Assembly (NCBI GenBank): GCA_965207885.1
Contig: OZ242311.1
Span: forward strand, 3,968,001-4,032,000
From: Candidatus Latescibacterota bacterium
Lineage (GTDB): Bacteria > Latescibacterota > UBA2968
DNA length: 64,000 bases
Direction of reading: 5' to 3'
In this document: piece by piece, positions 44,152-55,969 of the stretch
Position numbering within the stretch: the first letter of the stretch is position 1
How the letters are laid out: each line of letters opens with the position of its first letter
The notes under the pieces: generated by a model
The model's database searches: none
What the model saw: the letters and a program-made list of their open reading frames with translations, nothing else
What the model was told of the DNA's origin: nothing
Program-made: the position numbers and the translations under genes

Positions 44152-45636
44152 ATGCAAACAGGAGAAAAAATGAAAATTCTACTCGCAGCCTTCAAACAAG
44201 AAACATCCAGCTTTAATCCCGCGCGCACGCCCTACGATATGTTCGACGTGATGTTTGGCGATGAATTACTCGCACTGCGGGGCAGCAATACCGAAATCGC
44301 TGGTGCGCTCGACATCTTTGCCGAACGCGAGGACATTGACTTAGTACCCATCTATTCAGCATCATCTGTATCCGGCGGTCCAGTCGCCGACGCGGACCTC
44401 GACAAGCTCATGGAAGAACTGCTCACAGGCATTCGCAACAACGCACCCGCAGACGGAATGCTCATGGTCTTTCACGGCGCAATGGCTGGCGAAACCGAAG
44501 TCGATCCCGAAGGACATGTCCTCACCGAAATCCGCAACATCCTCGGCGATGTGCCCATTGTCACCACCTATGATCTACACGGCATCATCACCGACCGCCT
44601 CATCGAACAATCCGACATTATGGTCCCCTTTCACACGTATCCACACATCGACATGTACGAAACCGGGCAACGGGGAGCGCGCAACCTGCTCACCCTTCTC
44701 GATGGCAATATCAAACCCACCGTCGCGCACATCCCACTGCCCATGCTCGTGCGAGGCGACGAACTCATCACCAAAACAGGACGATTTGGTCAGGCCATCC
44801 GCTGGTGTCAGGAAATAGAAAATTCCGAAGGGGGCCTGGGTAGCGGTGTCTATATCGGCAATCCCTTCACCGATGTACCCGACCTGCGCTCCAACGTCAT
44901 TGTCTTTACCGACAACGATCCCGAACGCGCACAACGCGAAGCCAAACGCATAGCCCAATACATGTGGGACAATCGCGACCATTTCACCGCGCCACTCACT
45001 GCGATTCCAGACGCCATTCGCCTGGCCGAAGAAACTCAGGGTCTCACCGTCTTTTCCGACGCTGCCGATGCCACATCTTCGGGCGCATCTGGCGATAGCA
45101 ACGCCATTCTCAAGGGCCTGTTTGAACACAATTACCAGGGCCGAGCACTCCTGCCCCTTGTCGATCCCCCCGCCGTTGAAGCGGCCTTTCGTGCAGGTGT
45201 GGGTGCCACCATAACCATTCCCATTGGCGGTGCCATAGACAAAGCGCGTTATTCCCCCCTCGAATGCGAAGTCTATATCCAACTGCTCACCGATGGGGCA
45301 TATATCGCAGGCACGGGCACATCGGGACATGCGGGCAACACGGCTGTTCTCCAGGCCGGGACTTACAGCATCATGGCGACCACGCGCCCGGTAAGCATCA
45401 TGGATCGCAAAGTCTTTGAAGCACGCGGCCTCGACCCGCGAGACTTTGATCTGGTCGTGTGCAAATCCCCTAACGGTTTTCGGGTTCACTTCGAAGAAAT
45501 AGCCGCCCGAATCGTACCTGTTGACGCGCCCGGCTCCACCAGTGCCGACTTAAAATCTCTGCCCTTTACCCAATGCCAACGCCCCATATTTCCACTGGAC
45601 GATGGCGTGCAACCGCCACGAGAAATAGACGGATAA
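44152..45636 (+). CDS. M81-family metallopeptidase (MlrC-like)
   Basis: QETSSFNP, HGAM, DLHG, YPHIDM, VCKS. Confidence 0.9.
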   Translation: MQTGEKMKILLAAFKQETSSFNPARTPYDMFDVMFGDELLALRGSNTEIAGALDIFAEREDIDLVPIYSASSVSGGPVADADLDKLMEELLTGIRNNAPADGMLMVFHGAMAGETEVDPEGHVLTEIRNILGDVPIVTTYDLHGIITDRLIEQSDIMVPFHTYPHIDMYETGQRGARNLLTLLDGNIKPTVAHIPLPMLVRGDELITKTGRFGQAIRWCQEIENSEGGLGSGVYIGNPFTDVPDLRSNVIVFTDNDPERAQREAKRIAQYMWDNRDHFTAPLTAIPDAIRLAEETQGLTVFSDAADATSSGASGDSNAILKGLFEHNYQGRALLPLVDPPAVEAAFRAGVGATITIPIGGAIDKARYSPLECEVYIQLLTDGAYIAGTGTSGHAGNTAVLQAGTYSIMATTRPVSIMDRKVFEARGLDPRDFDLVVCKSPNGFRVHFEEIAARIVPVDAPGSTSADLKSLPFTQCQRPIFPLDDGVQPPREIDG

Positions 45637-45637
45637 T

Positions 45638-46708
45638 ATGACTCACCTGCTATGCCAAAGCTGTGGAAAAACCCATAGAGCCAACACCTTGCAGTGGCAC
45701 TGCGCCTGCGGAGGCCTCTTTGACCTCCACTTTGAAGCCGAGCTTTTCGTTGACGCACTGCCTCACCGCCCCCCCACCCTGTGGCGCTATCGCGAAGCCA
45801 TTCCCATCGCAGACGACACCCATATCGTCACCCTCGATGAAGGATTCACGCCGTTGACACCCATAACCATCGCTGGCAAATCTCTCCTCGTCAAACAGGA
45901 CCACCTGTTTCCATCCGGCTCGTACAAAGACCGCGGCGCAACTGTTTTAATCAGCCATGCAAAAGCACTGGACATTCACCACATGGTCGAAGACTCGTCG
46001 GGCAACGCAGGCGCGGCTGTCGCGGCTTATGCAGCGCGTGCGGGAATCGCCTGTGACATCTACGTTCCCGACAGCACATCAGCGGCAAAACTCGCGCAAA
46101 TCCAGAGCTATGGCGCAAACCTGTACAAAATCCCGGGATCGCGGGAAGACACCGCGCATGCGGTTCAAGACGCGGCACAAAAACACTTTTATGCAAGCCA
46201 TGTCTGGAGTCCCTTCTTCTTTCACGGCACCAAAACTTATGCCTATGAAATCTGGGAACAACGCAATTTTAGCGCGCCAGATACACTCATCATACCAACG
46301 GGAAATGGAACATTGCTAATCGGTGCTTACATCGGATTCACGGACCTTCTCAAACAAAATTTGATCACCCACCTGCCCAAACTCATCGCCGTGCAATCCG
46401 CCCATTGCGCCCCTCTCACACCCACCTGGACAGACAATCCCTCCGCAACCATCGCCGAAGGCATCGCCATTGCAGAACCCGCCCGCGCAGCGCAGATCGT
46501 CCAGTGCATTGATAAAACAGGGGGCGCCATCCTCACCGTTGACGACCGCGAAACGCGCAATGCCCAAAAACGAATGGCCGAAATGGGCTTTTACATCGAA
46601 CCCACCTCGGCCACAGCCATTGCAGCTTATGTAAAATACCCATCTCAAAAAGACGAAATCGTCGTCGCTCCCCTCACGGGACACGGTCTAAAATCTTTGG
46701 GGAAGTAG
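45638..46708 (+). CDS. Threonine synthase-like PLP-dependent enzyme
   Basis: PSGSYKDRG, DSSGNAG, PTGNG, EPTSA, LTGHGLK. Confidence 0.88.
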   Translation: MTHLLCQSCGKTHRANTLQWHCACGGLFDLHFEAELFVDALPHRPPTLWRYREAIPIADDTHIVTLDEGFTPLTPITIAGKSLLVKQDHLFPSGSYKDRGATVLISHAKALDIHHMVEDSSGNAGAAVAAYAARAGIACDIYVPDSTSAAKLAQIQSYGANLYKIPGSREDTAHAVQDAAQKHFYASHVWSPFFFHGTKTYAYEIWEQRNFSAPDTLIIPTGNGTLLIGAYIGFTDLLKQNLITHLPKLIAVQSAHCAPLTPTWTDNPSATIAEGIAIAEPARAAQIVQCIDKTGGAILTVDDRETRNAQKRMAEMGFYIEPTSATAIAAYVKYPSQKDEIVVAPLTGHGLKSLGK

Positions 46709-46724
46709 AGGATAAAGATCGGTC

Positions 46725-48677
46725 TCATGGATAGCAGCTAACAAAGATGAGGAAATCGGCAAAATTAATGGTACCATCGCCATTCAAGTCCATGCGACCG
46801 TCAAAGCCTTCGTCTGATAAACTTTTCCCATAAACCGCAACAAATAACAAAAAGTCGTCAAAATTCACCGCCCCATCGCCATTAAAATCGCACGGATTAT
46901 GAGGCGTATTATTCTTGCTATTATTCGCCAGGATCACCTGATTCAGTATCTCGATACCATTGCCCTCCAGACCGACCACGGAATGTTGAATTTTACAATT
47001 TTTCAAGGTCGCGGTGCCGTAATTGCGGATGCCATACCAATCACCGGCTTTTGGTCGAGATGAATGCTCAGTTATTTGACCTTCAAATGCGATTTGCTGC
47101 CCTCCTGACGCATCGGCATTTATCGTTCCGTAGTTCACAATATCGACTCGCGAGATATCCTCTATACCGTGAATATCTATATTGGGATACGCGCGGATCA
47201 CCGTTCCCGCCTCAATCGTCAAGGTCGCGCCAGGATACACCACAATATCACCCATGAGGTCAATGGTATCTCGCCAGGTAACCGCTTGAAGAATAGGGTA
47301 GTGGTGAAACTCGGTATGAGGAATCTTTTTACTGTCATAACTGCCGGTTTCAAATTTATTCCAGTTGCTTTTGTGAAACGGTCCCTCAGGAGATTTATTT
47401 TGGACAATCGCAGTTATCGGTAGCCAATCCAAAGGCGAATCCACTTCGAGTTCGCCCCATCTTACTTCGGCCCCCAACCAACTCATGTCTGCTGACAACC
47501 CCATATTATGGGCGTTATTTCTATCGGGCGTGGGCAAAAGCACCAAATCATAATATTGTGCGAGATCGGGATTTGTGTTCTCATCAACCACAGTACTCAA
47601 GACAATCCCACGGTTTGTCAGATGTTCCGTAAGATCAATAAACCATACTCTTCGAGGATAATCACCACCGGTTGGAAAACTGCCATGGGACCCCGCCCCG
47701 ATATAAACGACGGGGTGGCTACCACCTTCTGCGGGTGCGAATTCTTTCTGAGGATTGAATTTTCTGCCGCCCTTTTTTATATAACTTAACCTGTCACCGT
47801 GAAACGAGTAATTCACGCCAAAAAGCTCCGCCTTAGCGGTATCTCGATCTGTTATAATGACATCAATGAACGACCAATCCCCTTCATGGTTATTTTTCCA
47901 ATCATTAAAAGGATAAAAGTAATAATACCGTATTGTAAATTTGTCATGATATGCGGGAACGCTGCTCTCAATCTGAAAAATATGCGCGTATGCTGTATTC
48001 TTAAAATGCTTTCCAGCGCGAGGGTGAGTAGTATTTTCATAATAATGATACCAGTTTTCCGTGTCAGAGCCTTTTTCCTTATTGCCGGGATAGTCAAAAT
48101 GTGGATCAAAAAAAAGAGCCGAATCTACCTGTGCTATTTGTGCTATCTCTATAGAACTTATCTTTGTAGAACCTTTCTGTATAGGATCTATTTGGATTGC
48201 TGTCTGTACAGGACCTGCTTGGACAGAACGGGTTTCCAACACTTTTAAGACGTCTAACAATATCGTATCCCGATAAATGAATTCTTTGGGTAAAAAAGCA
48301 AATTCATTTTTTGAAAAATCGACTTTGGGAAGCACATTGAATTTGGGAAACGCTTTTATTACATCTGAATATTTGTAATTTCCGATATCCCCTTGATCGT
48401 ATTTCCCTTCCGTTGTTCGGCCATAGACTTTCACTGAAAACCAAAGGCTATAAGCGGATTTCGCGCCCATGATTTCTACGGGTTCGGGGAATATTACTTT
48501 GCGACCTGGGTTCTCTGGTTCTTCTGCCAAAATCAAAATTGGAGAAAATTTCTCGGCGAGCAATTCGTCTTGCGTTTTGCTATCGGCAAGACTCGAAAAT
48601 ACAAAGATCAATATCGTCGCTATCCCTATCCCGTGAGCCCCATCACGGAACAAGTTTTGTACAAATTTTAAATCCAT
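46725..48677 (-). CDS. Secreted protein with Vps62/NPP1-like domain and C-terminal dockerin-like EF-hand pair
   Basis: YYYFYPFNDWKNNHEGDW, HPVVYIGAGSHG; C-terminal DFNGDGAVNFDDF / DLNGDGTINFADF. Confidence 0.65.
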   Translation of the reverse strand: MDLKFVQNLFRDGAHGIGIATILIFVFSSLADSKTQDELLAEKFSPILILAEEPENPGRKVIFPEPVEIMGAKSAYSLWFSVKVYGRTTEGKYDQGDIGNYKYSDVIKAFPKFNVLPKVDFSKNEFAFLPKEFIYRDTILLDVLKVLETRSVQAGPVQTAIQIDPIQKGSTKISSIEIAQIAQVDSALFFDPHFDYPGNKEKGSDTENWYHYYENTTHPRAGKHFKNTAYAHIFQIESSVPAYHDKFTIRYYYFYPFNDWKNNHEGDWSFIDVIITDRDTAKAELFGVNYSFHGDRLSYIKKGGRKFNPQKEFAPAEGGSHPVVYIGAGSHGSFPTGGDYPRRVWFIDLTEHLTNRGIVLSTVVDENTNPDLAQYYDLVLLPTPDRNNAHNMGLSADMSWLGAEVRWGELEVDSPLDWLPITAIVQNKSPEGPFHKSNWNKFETGSYDSKKIPHTEFHHYPILQAVTWRDTIDLMGDIVVYPGATLTIEAGTVIRAYPNIDIHGIEDISRVDIVNYGTINADASGGQQIAFEGQITEHSSRPKAGDWYGIRNYGTATLKNCKIQHSVVGLEGNGIEILNQVILANNSKNNTPHNPCDFNGDGAVNFDDFLLFVAVYGKSLSDEGFDGRMDLNGDGTINFADFLIFVSCYP

Positions 48678-48713
48678 AATTCCATCTAAAAAATTACCAG
48701 GGCGGATAAGCCC

Positions 48714-50105
48714 CTACACCCGCCAGGAAATTTTCTCCCAATCCTCATCCTCGCATTGTTGCACGTATTCCCGCACGATCCGCAACGCGTTTTCGGGACT
48801 GCCCGAGCGATCCATATCCACCCAATTTATCGCATCGCGTTTTGCGACCATCCAGCTTTTCAAAATTTCAAAAGAATCACCCGTTTCAAGGTCTGATTCC
48901 AATTCCGCGAAAAAGTAGAACTCGTGCAGCGTACGCTCTACCGCCTCCCAATCGTACAGATCTTTGCGCGCTCGCACCTGGGCAAAAGACATGCTATCCA
49001 CAACACAAAACAACTCAACGCATTCCTGCTCAGCCGATGGCAAAATCAGCACTATATTTTTTAAATTACCCAATTCTACATCGCGCTTGTGTACATCGAG
49101 CTGCGTATTAAACTCTGGCTGGCACAGCGCAATTAATTTTGACTCGAGCAGGAGCGCCTCAAGCTCAGAACCAACCGTCTCGACCTCCATGGACCATATC
49201 CGATTCAAAATCTGCTGCGTCTTTTCTGGTCGCTCCGATCTTCTGGCAAAATAACTGCCCACGCGCCTTCGCAGATTCACCGCCTTGCCCACATAAATCA
49301 CGCCACCCTCGCGATCCCGCATAATATAAACCCCGGGCAACTCGGGCAACGAACTCAAAAATGCCTCGTCAAAAGCATACGCATCAAAATGTATTGGAAT
49401 GGGATCCGGGTACAACGCGGCGGTCACAGCTTCAATAGTATTAAGACCCACCCCTTCACACCTTTCCAAAAGATGCAACAAAATATCGGCCTGCAAACTC
49501 GCCTCTCCTTCAGCCCCGCGATCCGACACAAAAGACATCCCCATAGCAGAAGCCAGATCCTCGACAGAATGCAACCGCACATCGGGAAAGAAATGTCGCC
49601 CCAAACGAAACAGGCAAATCCCGGAATCTACGACATCTTTATCCATCATTAAACGACTCAGCCTGTTCAAATCTCTCCGCATTCTGGACCACTGAAATCC
49701 CGCGGGAATCGCATCTCTCACTCCTTCGGCATAAGAATCCAAAATTCCCTCCCGATCACCCCTGCGAACCTGAACCGGGGGAAACAGCGTCTCGCGCGCC
49801 CCCATCTGCACCTTGCGCCCCGCGAGTGCGTAAACCTCCGCATCCGCAGATGGAATCAGCCCAAAACAAAAAAAAGAAACCTCCCGCAGGGTCTTACCCT
49901 GTCCCGGAGGTCTTAAATACCACATCCCACTGCGGTCGCATACAAACCTGGGATCATCATCAATAGCCGCGCGCACCACCTTATCCGCTATGGAACCGTG
50001 TGCGCCGTGTAACCCCAGAGCCTCATAAGCCAGCACATCTGCGTGTACACCCGTATCGCGCTGCTCTAAAAAAGCGTAGATGCGATCCCTAACGGTCTGG
50101 TTCAC
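48714..50105 (-). CDS. GIY-YIG (UvrC/Cho-like) nuclease fused to a degenerate DnaQ-like domain
   Basis: LPELPGVYIM..IYVGKAVNLRRRVGSYF, ELEALLLE, PEFN; the N-terminal half lacks the DEDDh acidic residues. Confidence 0.8.
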   Translation of the reverse strand: MNQTVRDRIYAFLEQRDTGVHADVLAYEALGLHGAHGSIADKVVRAAIDDDPRFVCDRSGMWYLRPPGQGKTLREVSFFCFGLIPSADAEVYALAGRKVQMGARETLFPPVQVRRGDREGILDSYAEGVRDAIPAGFQWSRMRRDLNRLSRLMMDKDVVDSGICLFRLGRHFFPDVRLHSVEDLASAMGMSFVSDRGAEGEASLQADILLHLLERCEGVGLNTIEAVTAALYPDPIPIHFDAYAFDEAFLSSLPELPGVYIMRDREGGVIYVGKAVNLRRRVGSYFARRSERPEKTQQILNRIWSMEVETVGSELEALLLESKLIALCQPEFNTQLDVHKRDVELGNLKNIVLILPSAEQECVELFCVVDSMSFAQVRARKDLYDWEAVERTLHEFYFFAELESDLETGDSFEILKSWMVAKRDAINWVDMDRSGSPENALRIVREYVQQCEDEDWEKISWRV

Positions 50106-50113
50106 AGTTTATC

Positions 50114-50941
50114 CTATCGAGATTTGCGTGCAATCGCACACAGCCATTCGCCATCGTCGAGCATCTCATCAAGCACCAGATTGGCTCTGTCCAGCACCGC
50201 ACAAAACGCCTCGTGCTCGCGATCCAAAATCCCCCCCAAAATCGCGTATCCTTCGGGATGCAGACGCTTTGCCAATTCTGGAACCATAGGCAATAAAATA
50301 CTGCTGATCATATTTGCAACCACCACATCAAAAATCCCCGATACCTTATCGACAGAACACTGCATCAAAACCACCTGTGCATCCACATCATTCAAAACAC
50401 AGTTGGCCCGGGCATTCTCAATCGCAGACGCCTCAATATCCACCGCCATGGCCTCTGCCGCGCCCAACTTCACAGCCGCAATACTCAAAATTCCCGATCC
50501 CGTACCAACATCCAGCACCCGATCCCCTGATGTTATCTTCTTCTCTAAACCCAAAAGTGCCAGGCGCGTCGTCTCATGGTGCCCGGTGCCAAACGCCATT
50601 TGAGGATCAATCGCGATAGTAAAACCACCCGGGGGATCGGACACCCTGTTCCACGGTGGACAAATTGCCATGCGAGGGGAGGGATAAACCGGTCGAAAAA
50701 AAGAACGCCACGACAGTGTCCAATCCGTATCGGGCACAGGTTCAAAGCGGCATTTACAGGGCACGAGAGCCTGTTCTATCTCCGCTTTATTTTCTGCCGC
50801 CTCAAAATACGCCGTCAGCCGAACCCCATCGCTTATATCCTCTTCCACCACACCACAACAGCCCAGCTCGAACAACTGGGCAGACACAACTTCAACCTTT
50901 GCCCGCGGAAGCACCACAGATACTTGAAAATAGGTATTCAC
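50114..50941 (-). CDS. prmA: Ribosomal protein L11 methyltransferase
   Basis: IDPQMAFGTGHHETT, VLDVGTGSGILSIAA, VVANM. Confidence 0.95.
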   Translation of the reverse strand: MNTYFQVSVVLPRAKVEVVSAQLFELGCCGVVEEDISDGVRLTAYFEAAENKAEIEQALVPCKCRFEPVPDTDWTLSWRSFFRPVYPSPRMAICPPWNRVSDPPGGFTIAIDPQMAFGTGHHETTRLALLGLEKKITSGDRVLDVGTGSGILSIAAVKLGAAEAMAVDIEASAIENARANCVLNDVDAQVVLMQCSVDKVSGIFDVVVANMISSILLPMVPELAKRLHPEGYAILGGILDREHEAFCAVLDRANLVLDEMLDDGEWLCAIARKSR

Positions 50942-50945
50942 TTTC

Positions 50946-52898
50946 TCACCATGAATGCGTGCGATGGCCCTGGCCGGGAAACCATATCTGGTCGACAAAA
51001 AACGACAGAAGCACACCCAGAGCATGGCCTACGAGTAGCCCTAAAAATAAGGGACGCAAACGCCGATAGAGATCCACGCCGCCTATGCGTAAAATGATCG
51101 ATTTGATGCCCCATGCCATAAAAACAGAAAAAACTGAATGCACGGCATGCGTCAGCGGCACGACCATGCCAATGGGCGCGAGGGGCCACCATGTAAAGCG
51201 GTAGCGCATCAGACTCACCACGGCAAAAATGCCAATACCCAACAGCAAAAACAAAGGACGCTCGCTCTCCCATTTTTCTTCGCCCTTCAGGGCCTTGACC
51301 AGCCCATCGTAGGTTCGCGGCGGATAGCGCGTGAATGGAAAATCGTTAAAATTATAAGCCCCGTGCAAATAGCCCAGATAAAGCGAATAGGCAATTGCAG
51401 CGCCAATACCGATCACGAGCGTCAATCCAATACCCAAAATGAGCCGCTTCTTATTTCTTCCCGCCATATCTGCAATGCGCGCCGCATGCACGAGCGGGGG
51501 CATAAACATCGCTTTGCTCTGTGAGCGCACCGAATCAACCAGGCGCAATGCCGTCAGCGTTGAAGCATCAAATGATTTGGGCCCAAAAATAAAGGGCAAG
51601 AGGCCATTGGGCGTCATCGGCATGCTAAAATAAATCACACCGGTCTCTGCAATCACCCGCGCCGTGCCCAGATAAGTAATAAAAATACCCAGCGTAAGAG
51701 CAATAGCAACAGCCCAGCTAATGCCCACAGCCTGGAACCAGAAAATCAGAAAAATCAGACTAAGCAGCAGGCCAAATGCACACGCGCGATATGAAAGCAT
51801 CTCGTCTGAATCATCGATCTGTCGATCTCCGCGAAATGCTTTGACAAACACATCGCGAATGTGAAACCTCGCCATCCACAACCCAAATAAAACCATCGCC
51901 ACAAATGCACCCCCAGCTTGTAGCGAGGTCGTCGCATCTGCAGCACTACCTTTATTGCTCAGATTAATCCCCACGCGCCTGTAAAACATAACTTGCACGC
52001 AGTAAAACAAATAAAATATCCAGATGGAAAACAACACATCCAGGTTGGCAAAATAGGCAAAACCCACAGTATAAAAATTAAACCGCACATGAATGCGCGG
52101 GAAATACACGCCCATAGGCATCCACCCCGGTCCCAGGCTGATAACCGGAAATCCGGGTGAAAAATAACTGATAATATTCCAGGACAGGATGAGAAATGGA
52201 ATGGCAGCGCCAAAAAGGAAGAACTTATTCTTCAAAAGGGGTACTCTGTGCTCTGCTTCGGCCAGATCACCTGCCGGGTGCAAAATGGGATACGCCAACC
52301 GCTCGTGTTCTGCCCATTGCTTGCGCAACATCACCGCCAGACAAATGCACCCCACCACAATGGCTGCAATAAACGTCATCCAGCCAAACAAAGGCACAAA
52401 CCAAACACCCCAGGGAATGGGCATGTCCGGACTGGGCAGGCCCTCAAACAACCACTGCATGGCCCCGCCTTCATTGGAGGGAATCAACCAGTTGGGCAAA
52501 TACTGGTGAAAATAACTTCCCCACTGATTCTCTGGCGTGGCGAGATAATAGGGAATGGAAATCATGCCCAAAAAATAACTCGTTAGCCCAAAGGCGGGAA
52601 CAGCAGCCCCCACCAATCCCATCGCCAGAATCGTCCATACTTCGGTACTCGTCAATGCCCATGGGGCCTGCCATCGACGCGCGATTGCATTGCCCAGAGT
52701 CAACACCACATAAGGCGCGAACAACGCGATTGGAAAATGCGTGATATTCATACGCGCGGTATGGGCAATATATTCTACATAAGTATTCCACCCAATAACG
52801 ACCAGCGCAAGTGCCAGACCCAAAATGATTGACCGCGCAGTCACACCTTCCCGCGCGGCGAGTGCATCGCGATCAACTATTCCCTCCCCAAGTGCCAT
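50946..52898 (-). CDS. Polytopic membrane protein (DUF6785/DUF6784-like putative transporter)
   Basis: Many TM helices; RKQWAEHERLAYP, AETG, WWPLAPIG, PLFLGL. Confidence 0.75.
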   Translation of the reverse strand: MALGEGIVDRDALAAREGVTARSIILGLALALVVIGWNTYVEYIAHTARMNITHFPIALFAPYVVLTLGNAIARRWQAPWALTSTEVWTILAMGLVGAAVPAFGLTSYFLGMISIPYYLATPENQWGSYFHQYLPNWLIPSNEGGAMQWLFEGLPSPDMPIPWGVWFVPLFGWMTFIAAIVVGCICLAVMLRKQWAEHERLAYPILHPAGDLAEAEHRVPLLKNKFFLFGAAIPFLILSWNIISYFSPGFPVISLGPGWMPMGVYFPRIHVRFNFYTVGFAYFANLDVLFSIWIFYLFYCVQVMFYRRVGINLSNKGSAADATTSLQAGGAFVAMVLFGLWMARFHIRDVFVKAFRGDRQIDDSDEMLSYRACAFGLLLSLIFLIFWFQAVGISWAVAIALTLGIFITYLGTARVIAETGVIYFSMPMTPNGLLPFIFGPKSFDASTLTALRLVDSVRSQSKAMFMPPLVHAARIADMAGRNKKRLILGIGLTLVIGIGAAIAYSLYLGYLHGAYNFNDFPFTRYPPRTYDGLVKALKGEEKWESERPLFLLLGIGIFAVVSLMRYRFTWWPLAPIGMVVPLTHAVHSVFSVFMAWGIKSIILRIGGVDLYRRLRPLFLGLLVGHALGVLLSFFVDQIWFPGQGHRTHSW

Positions 52899-53013
52899 CT
52901 TATAATATTTCCTCCCACTTTATATAATCGGAAACATCCGTCTCAAACATGATGCCCCAATATATACAAATACCCGGCGGGGAACAATGAGCAATGGTCG
53001 AGAAGCGATAAAC

Positions 53014-53045
53014 AAAAAACTCCCGACCTCTTTCAAGATCGGGAG
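53014..53045 (-). terminator. Rho-independent terminator
   Basis: CTCCCGA/TCGGGAG stem with T tract on the minus strand. Confidence 0.6.
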
Positions 53046-53070
53046 CAGTATATCCTCGTGGCATCCGCTT

Positions 53071-53709
53071 CTATCTAAAGAACACCGACACGCCACCCTT
53101 CACAAAATGGCGTTTGATGCGATCTTCCCCGGCAAATAAGACCGAATACCCATACATCGCGGTCAGAGCCGTGTGTTTTGACAGCACCTGGCGCGTGCCT
53201 GCGCCACCGCCCAATTCACTGACATTGCCCCATCCCCAAAAATCGCGTGCGGCAAAGGCTTCTACAAACGGAAAGGTGCGCTTTTTAATCTGGATGGGAA
53301 TATTCAACCGATAAAAACCCGACACTGAAGACCCAAACCCGTCATCCACCGTCAAATAACGCCCCCGGGCATCTATCGTTGCATTGTCCAGCACTTGCGT
53401 TAGATCATCCCGGTCGGGAGAATCGAGACCGGCGCGCCGGTCATATTGTCTATTGCCCGCAATAAAAGAACCGCCAATTTGATGCCATCGGCTAATCGAA
53501 TAAGCCACTTGAACCCCCGCGCGATAGAACAAGCCGCGATTGGAAAACCGCACAGACATAACCGGCGTCACTTCCAATTGTCCCGCGCGAATAGGACCTA
53601 TATTGACCTCGCCTTCACCTGTCTTTTCTTCTTCACCAACCACATCGGCCTGGGCAGGTGCGCCCAGAGCCAACAGCCCGGCAACCGTACACATCAGCCA
53701 GTATTTCAT
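53071..53709 (-). CDS. Hypothetical exported, probably outer-membrane, protein
   Basis: Signal peptide ending AQA; C-terminal GVSVFFR strand; AGGAGGAG RBS. Confidence 0.65.
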   Translation of the reverse strand: MKYWLMCTVAGLLALGAPAQADVVGEEEKTGEGEVNIGPIRAGQLEVTPVMSVRFSNRGLFYRAGVQVAYSISRWHQIGGSFIAGNRQYDRRAGLDSPDRDDLTQVLDNATIDARGRYLTVDDGFGSSVSGFYRLNIPIQIKKRTFPFVEAFAARDFWGWGNVSELGGGAGTRQVLSKHTALTAMYGYSVLFAGEDRIKRHFVKGGVSVFFR

Positions 53710-53897
53710 AGCATCTCCTCCTGAAAGGTTCTACCCCGGCACTTAGTTTAAAATATCTAAAAGAATCCCGACTGTCAATGGCTCTTACTGAGAAGCCGTG
53801 AACTTTTTGAAAACACGCATGTATTGACTTGACGTACCTTCGTATTCCCCATTAATTGTTGCGCTGGCACGCGTGCCGCATTTTCGAAAGGACTCTC

Positions 53898-54878
<981 letters not shown>

Positions 54879-54893
54879 CCCAAGGAGCTTGTT

Positions 54894-55949
54894 ATGTCTC
54901 GCATCGGACGCGCCGCAGTGATGAGCGGCGAAAAATTTGAAATACGCGAATATCCCGTTCCCGATCCAGAACCGGGATCAATTTTACTCAAACAAGAACT
55001 CGCTGGCATCTGCGGCACAGACCTGCACAACTGGGAATATCAGCGATTGCAGGGCGAGATCATTCTCGGCCACGAAAATGTCGGCATCATCGACAGCCTG
55101 GGATCCGGTGTAGAAACCGATTATCTGGGCAATCCCATCGCGCCCGGAGATCGGGTCCTCTTCGCACCTGGCACAAATAAGGGTGCATACGGTTTTATAC
55201 AAGCCGAAGAAGCCCCCTATTTGCGGGGCGGCTTTGGCGAATACATCTACCTGTGGAACCCCGATTCAGTCGTGCTCAAAACCGATATGCCCGCCGAAGT
55301 TGCGGTCATCACCGAGCCTTTTACCATTGGCGTACACGGCGCAATGCGTTCCGGCTTGCAATTTGGCGACACCGTCGTCGTACAGGGATCGGGAGCCATT
55401 GGCCTGCTCACACTCGTCGCCGCCAAAGTCAGCGGTGCGGGCCGGCTCATCATGGTCGGCGGACCCAAAGGGCGTCTGGAACTGGCGGAGCGCCTCGGCG
55501 CAGACCTCACCATCGACATTGCCGATATACCCGACCCTGAAGAACGCACGAAAATTGTGCGCGAAAATACGCCCCGAGGCGCAGGTGCCGATGTCGTCTT
55601 TGAATGCGCGGGATTTTTGCCCGCCATTCCCGAAGGCGTCACATTCCTGCGGCACAGCGGCACTTATGTCGCCATGGGCCATTTTGTCGATGTGGGGTCT
55701 TTTGACTGCAACCCCAACCAGATGTTTATGCGCCGCAACATGCGCCTCGAAGCCGTGTGGGCAAGCACGCCCGAACACTTTGTACGCGCGCTCCCCATCC
55801 TCGAGCGAAACGAATACGCCTTTGCCGACCTCGTCAGCCACACCATACCCATTGACCGCGTAGCCGAGGGATTCAACGCCCTGCACAGCGGATACCATCT
55901 CGACGGCAAAGACACAATTAAAATTGCAGTAAAAGGCGGGTTGGTATAA
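54894..55949 (+). CDS. Zinc-binding alcohol dehydrogenase family protein
   Basis: GICGTD, GHE, GSGAIG, DVVFECAG. Confidence 0.9.
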   Translation: MSRIGRAAVMSGEKFEIREYPVPDPEPGSILLKQELAGICGTDLHNWEYQRLQGEIILGHENVGIIDSLGSGVETDYLGNPIAPGDRVLFAPGTNKGAYGFIQAEEAPYLRGGFGEYIYLWNPDSVVLKTDMPAEVAVITEPFTIGVHGAMRSGLQFGDTVVVQGSGAIGLLTLVAAKVSGAGRLIMVGGPKGRLELAERLGADLTIDIADIPDPEERTKIVRENTPRGAGADVVFECAGFLPAIPEGVTFLRHSGTYVAMGHFVDVGSFDCNPNQMFMRRNMRLEAVWASTPEHFVRALPILERNEYAFADLVSHTIPIDRVAEGFNALHSGYHLDGKDTIKIAVKGGLV

Positions 55950-55969
55950 ACTAAACAACGCAAAAAACA

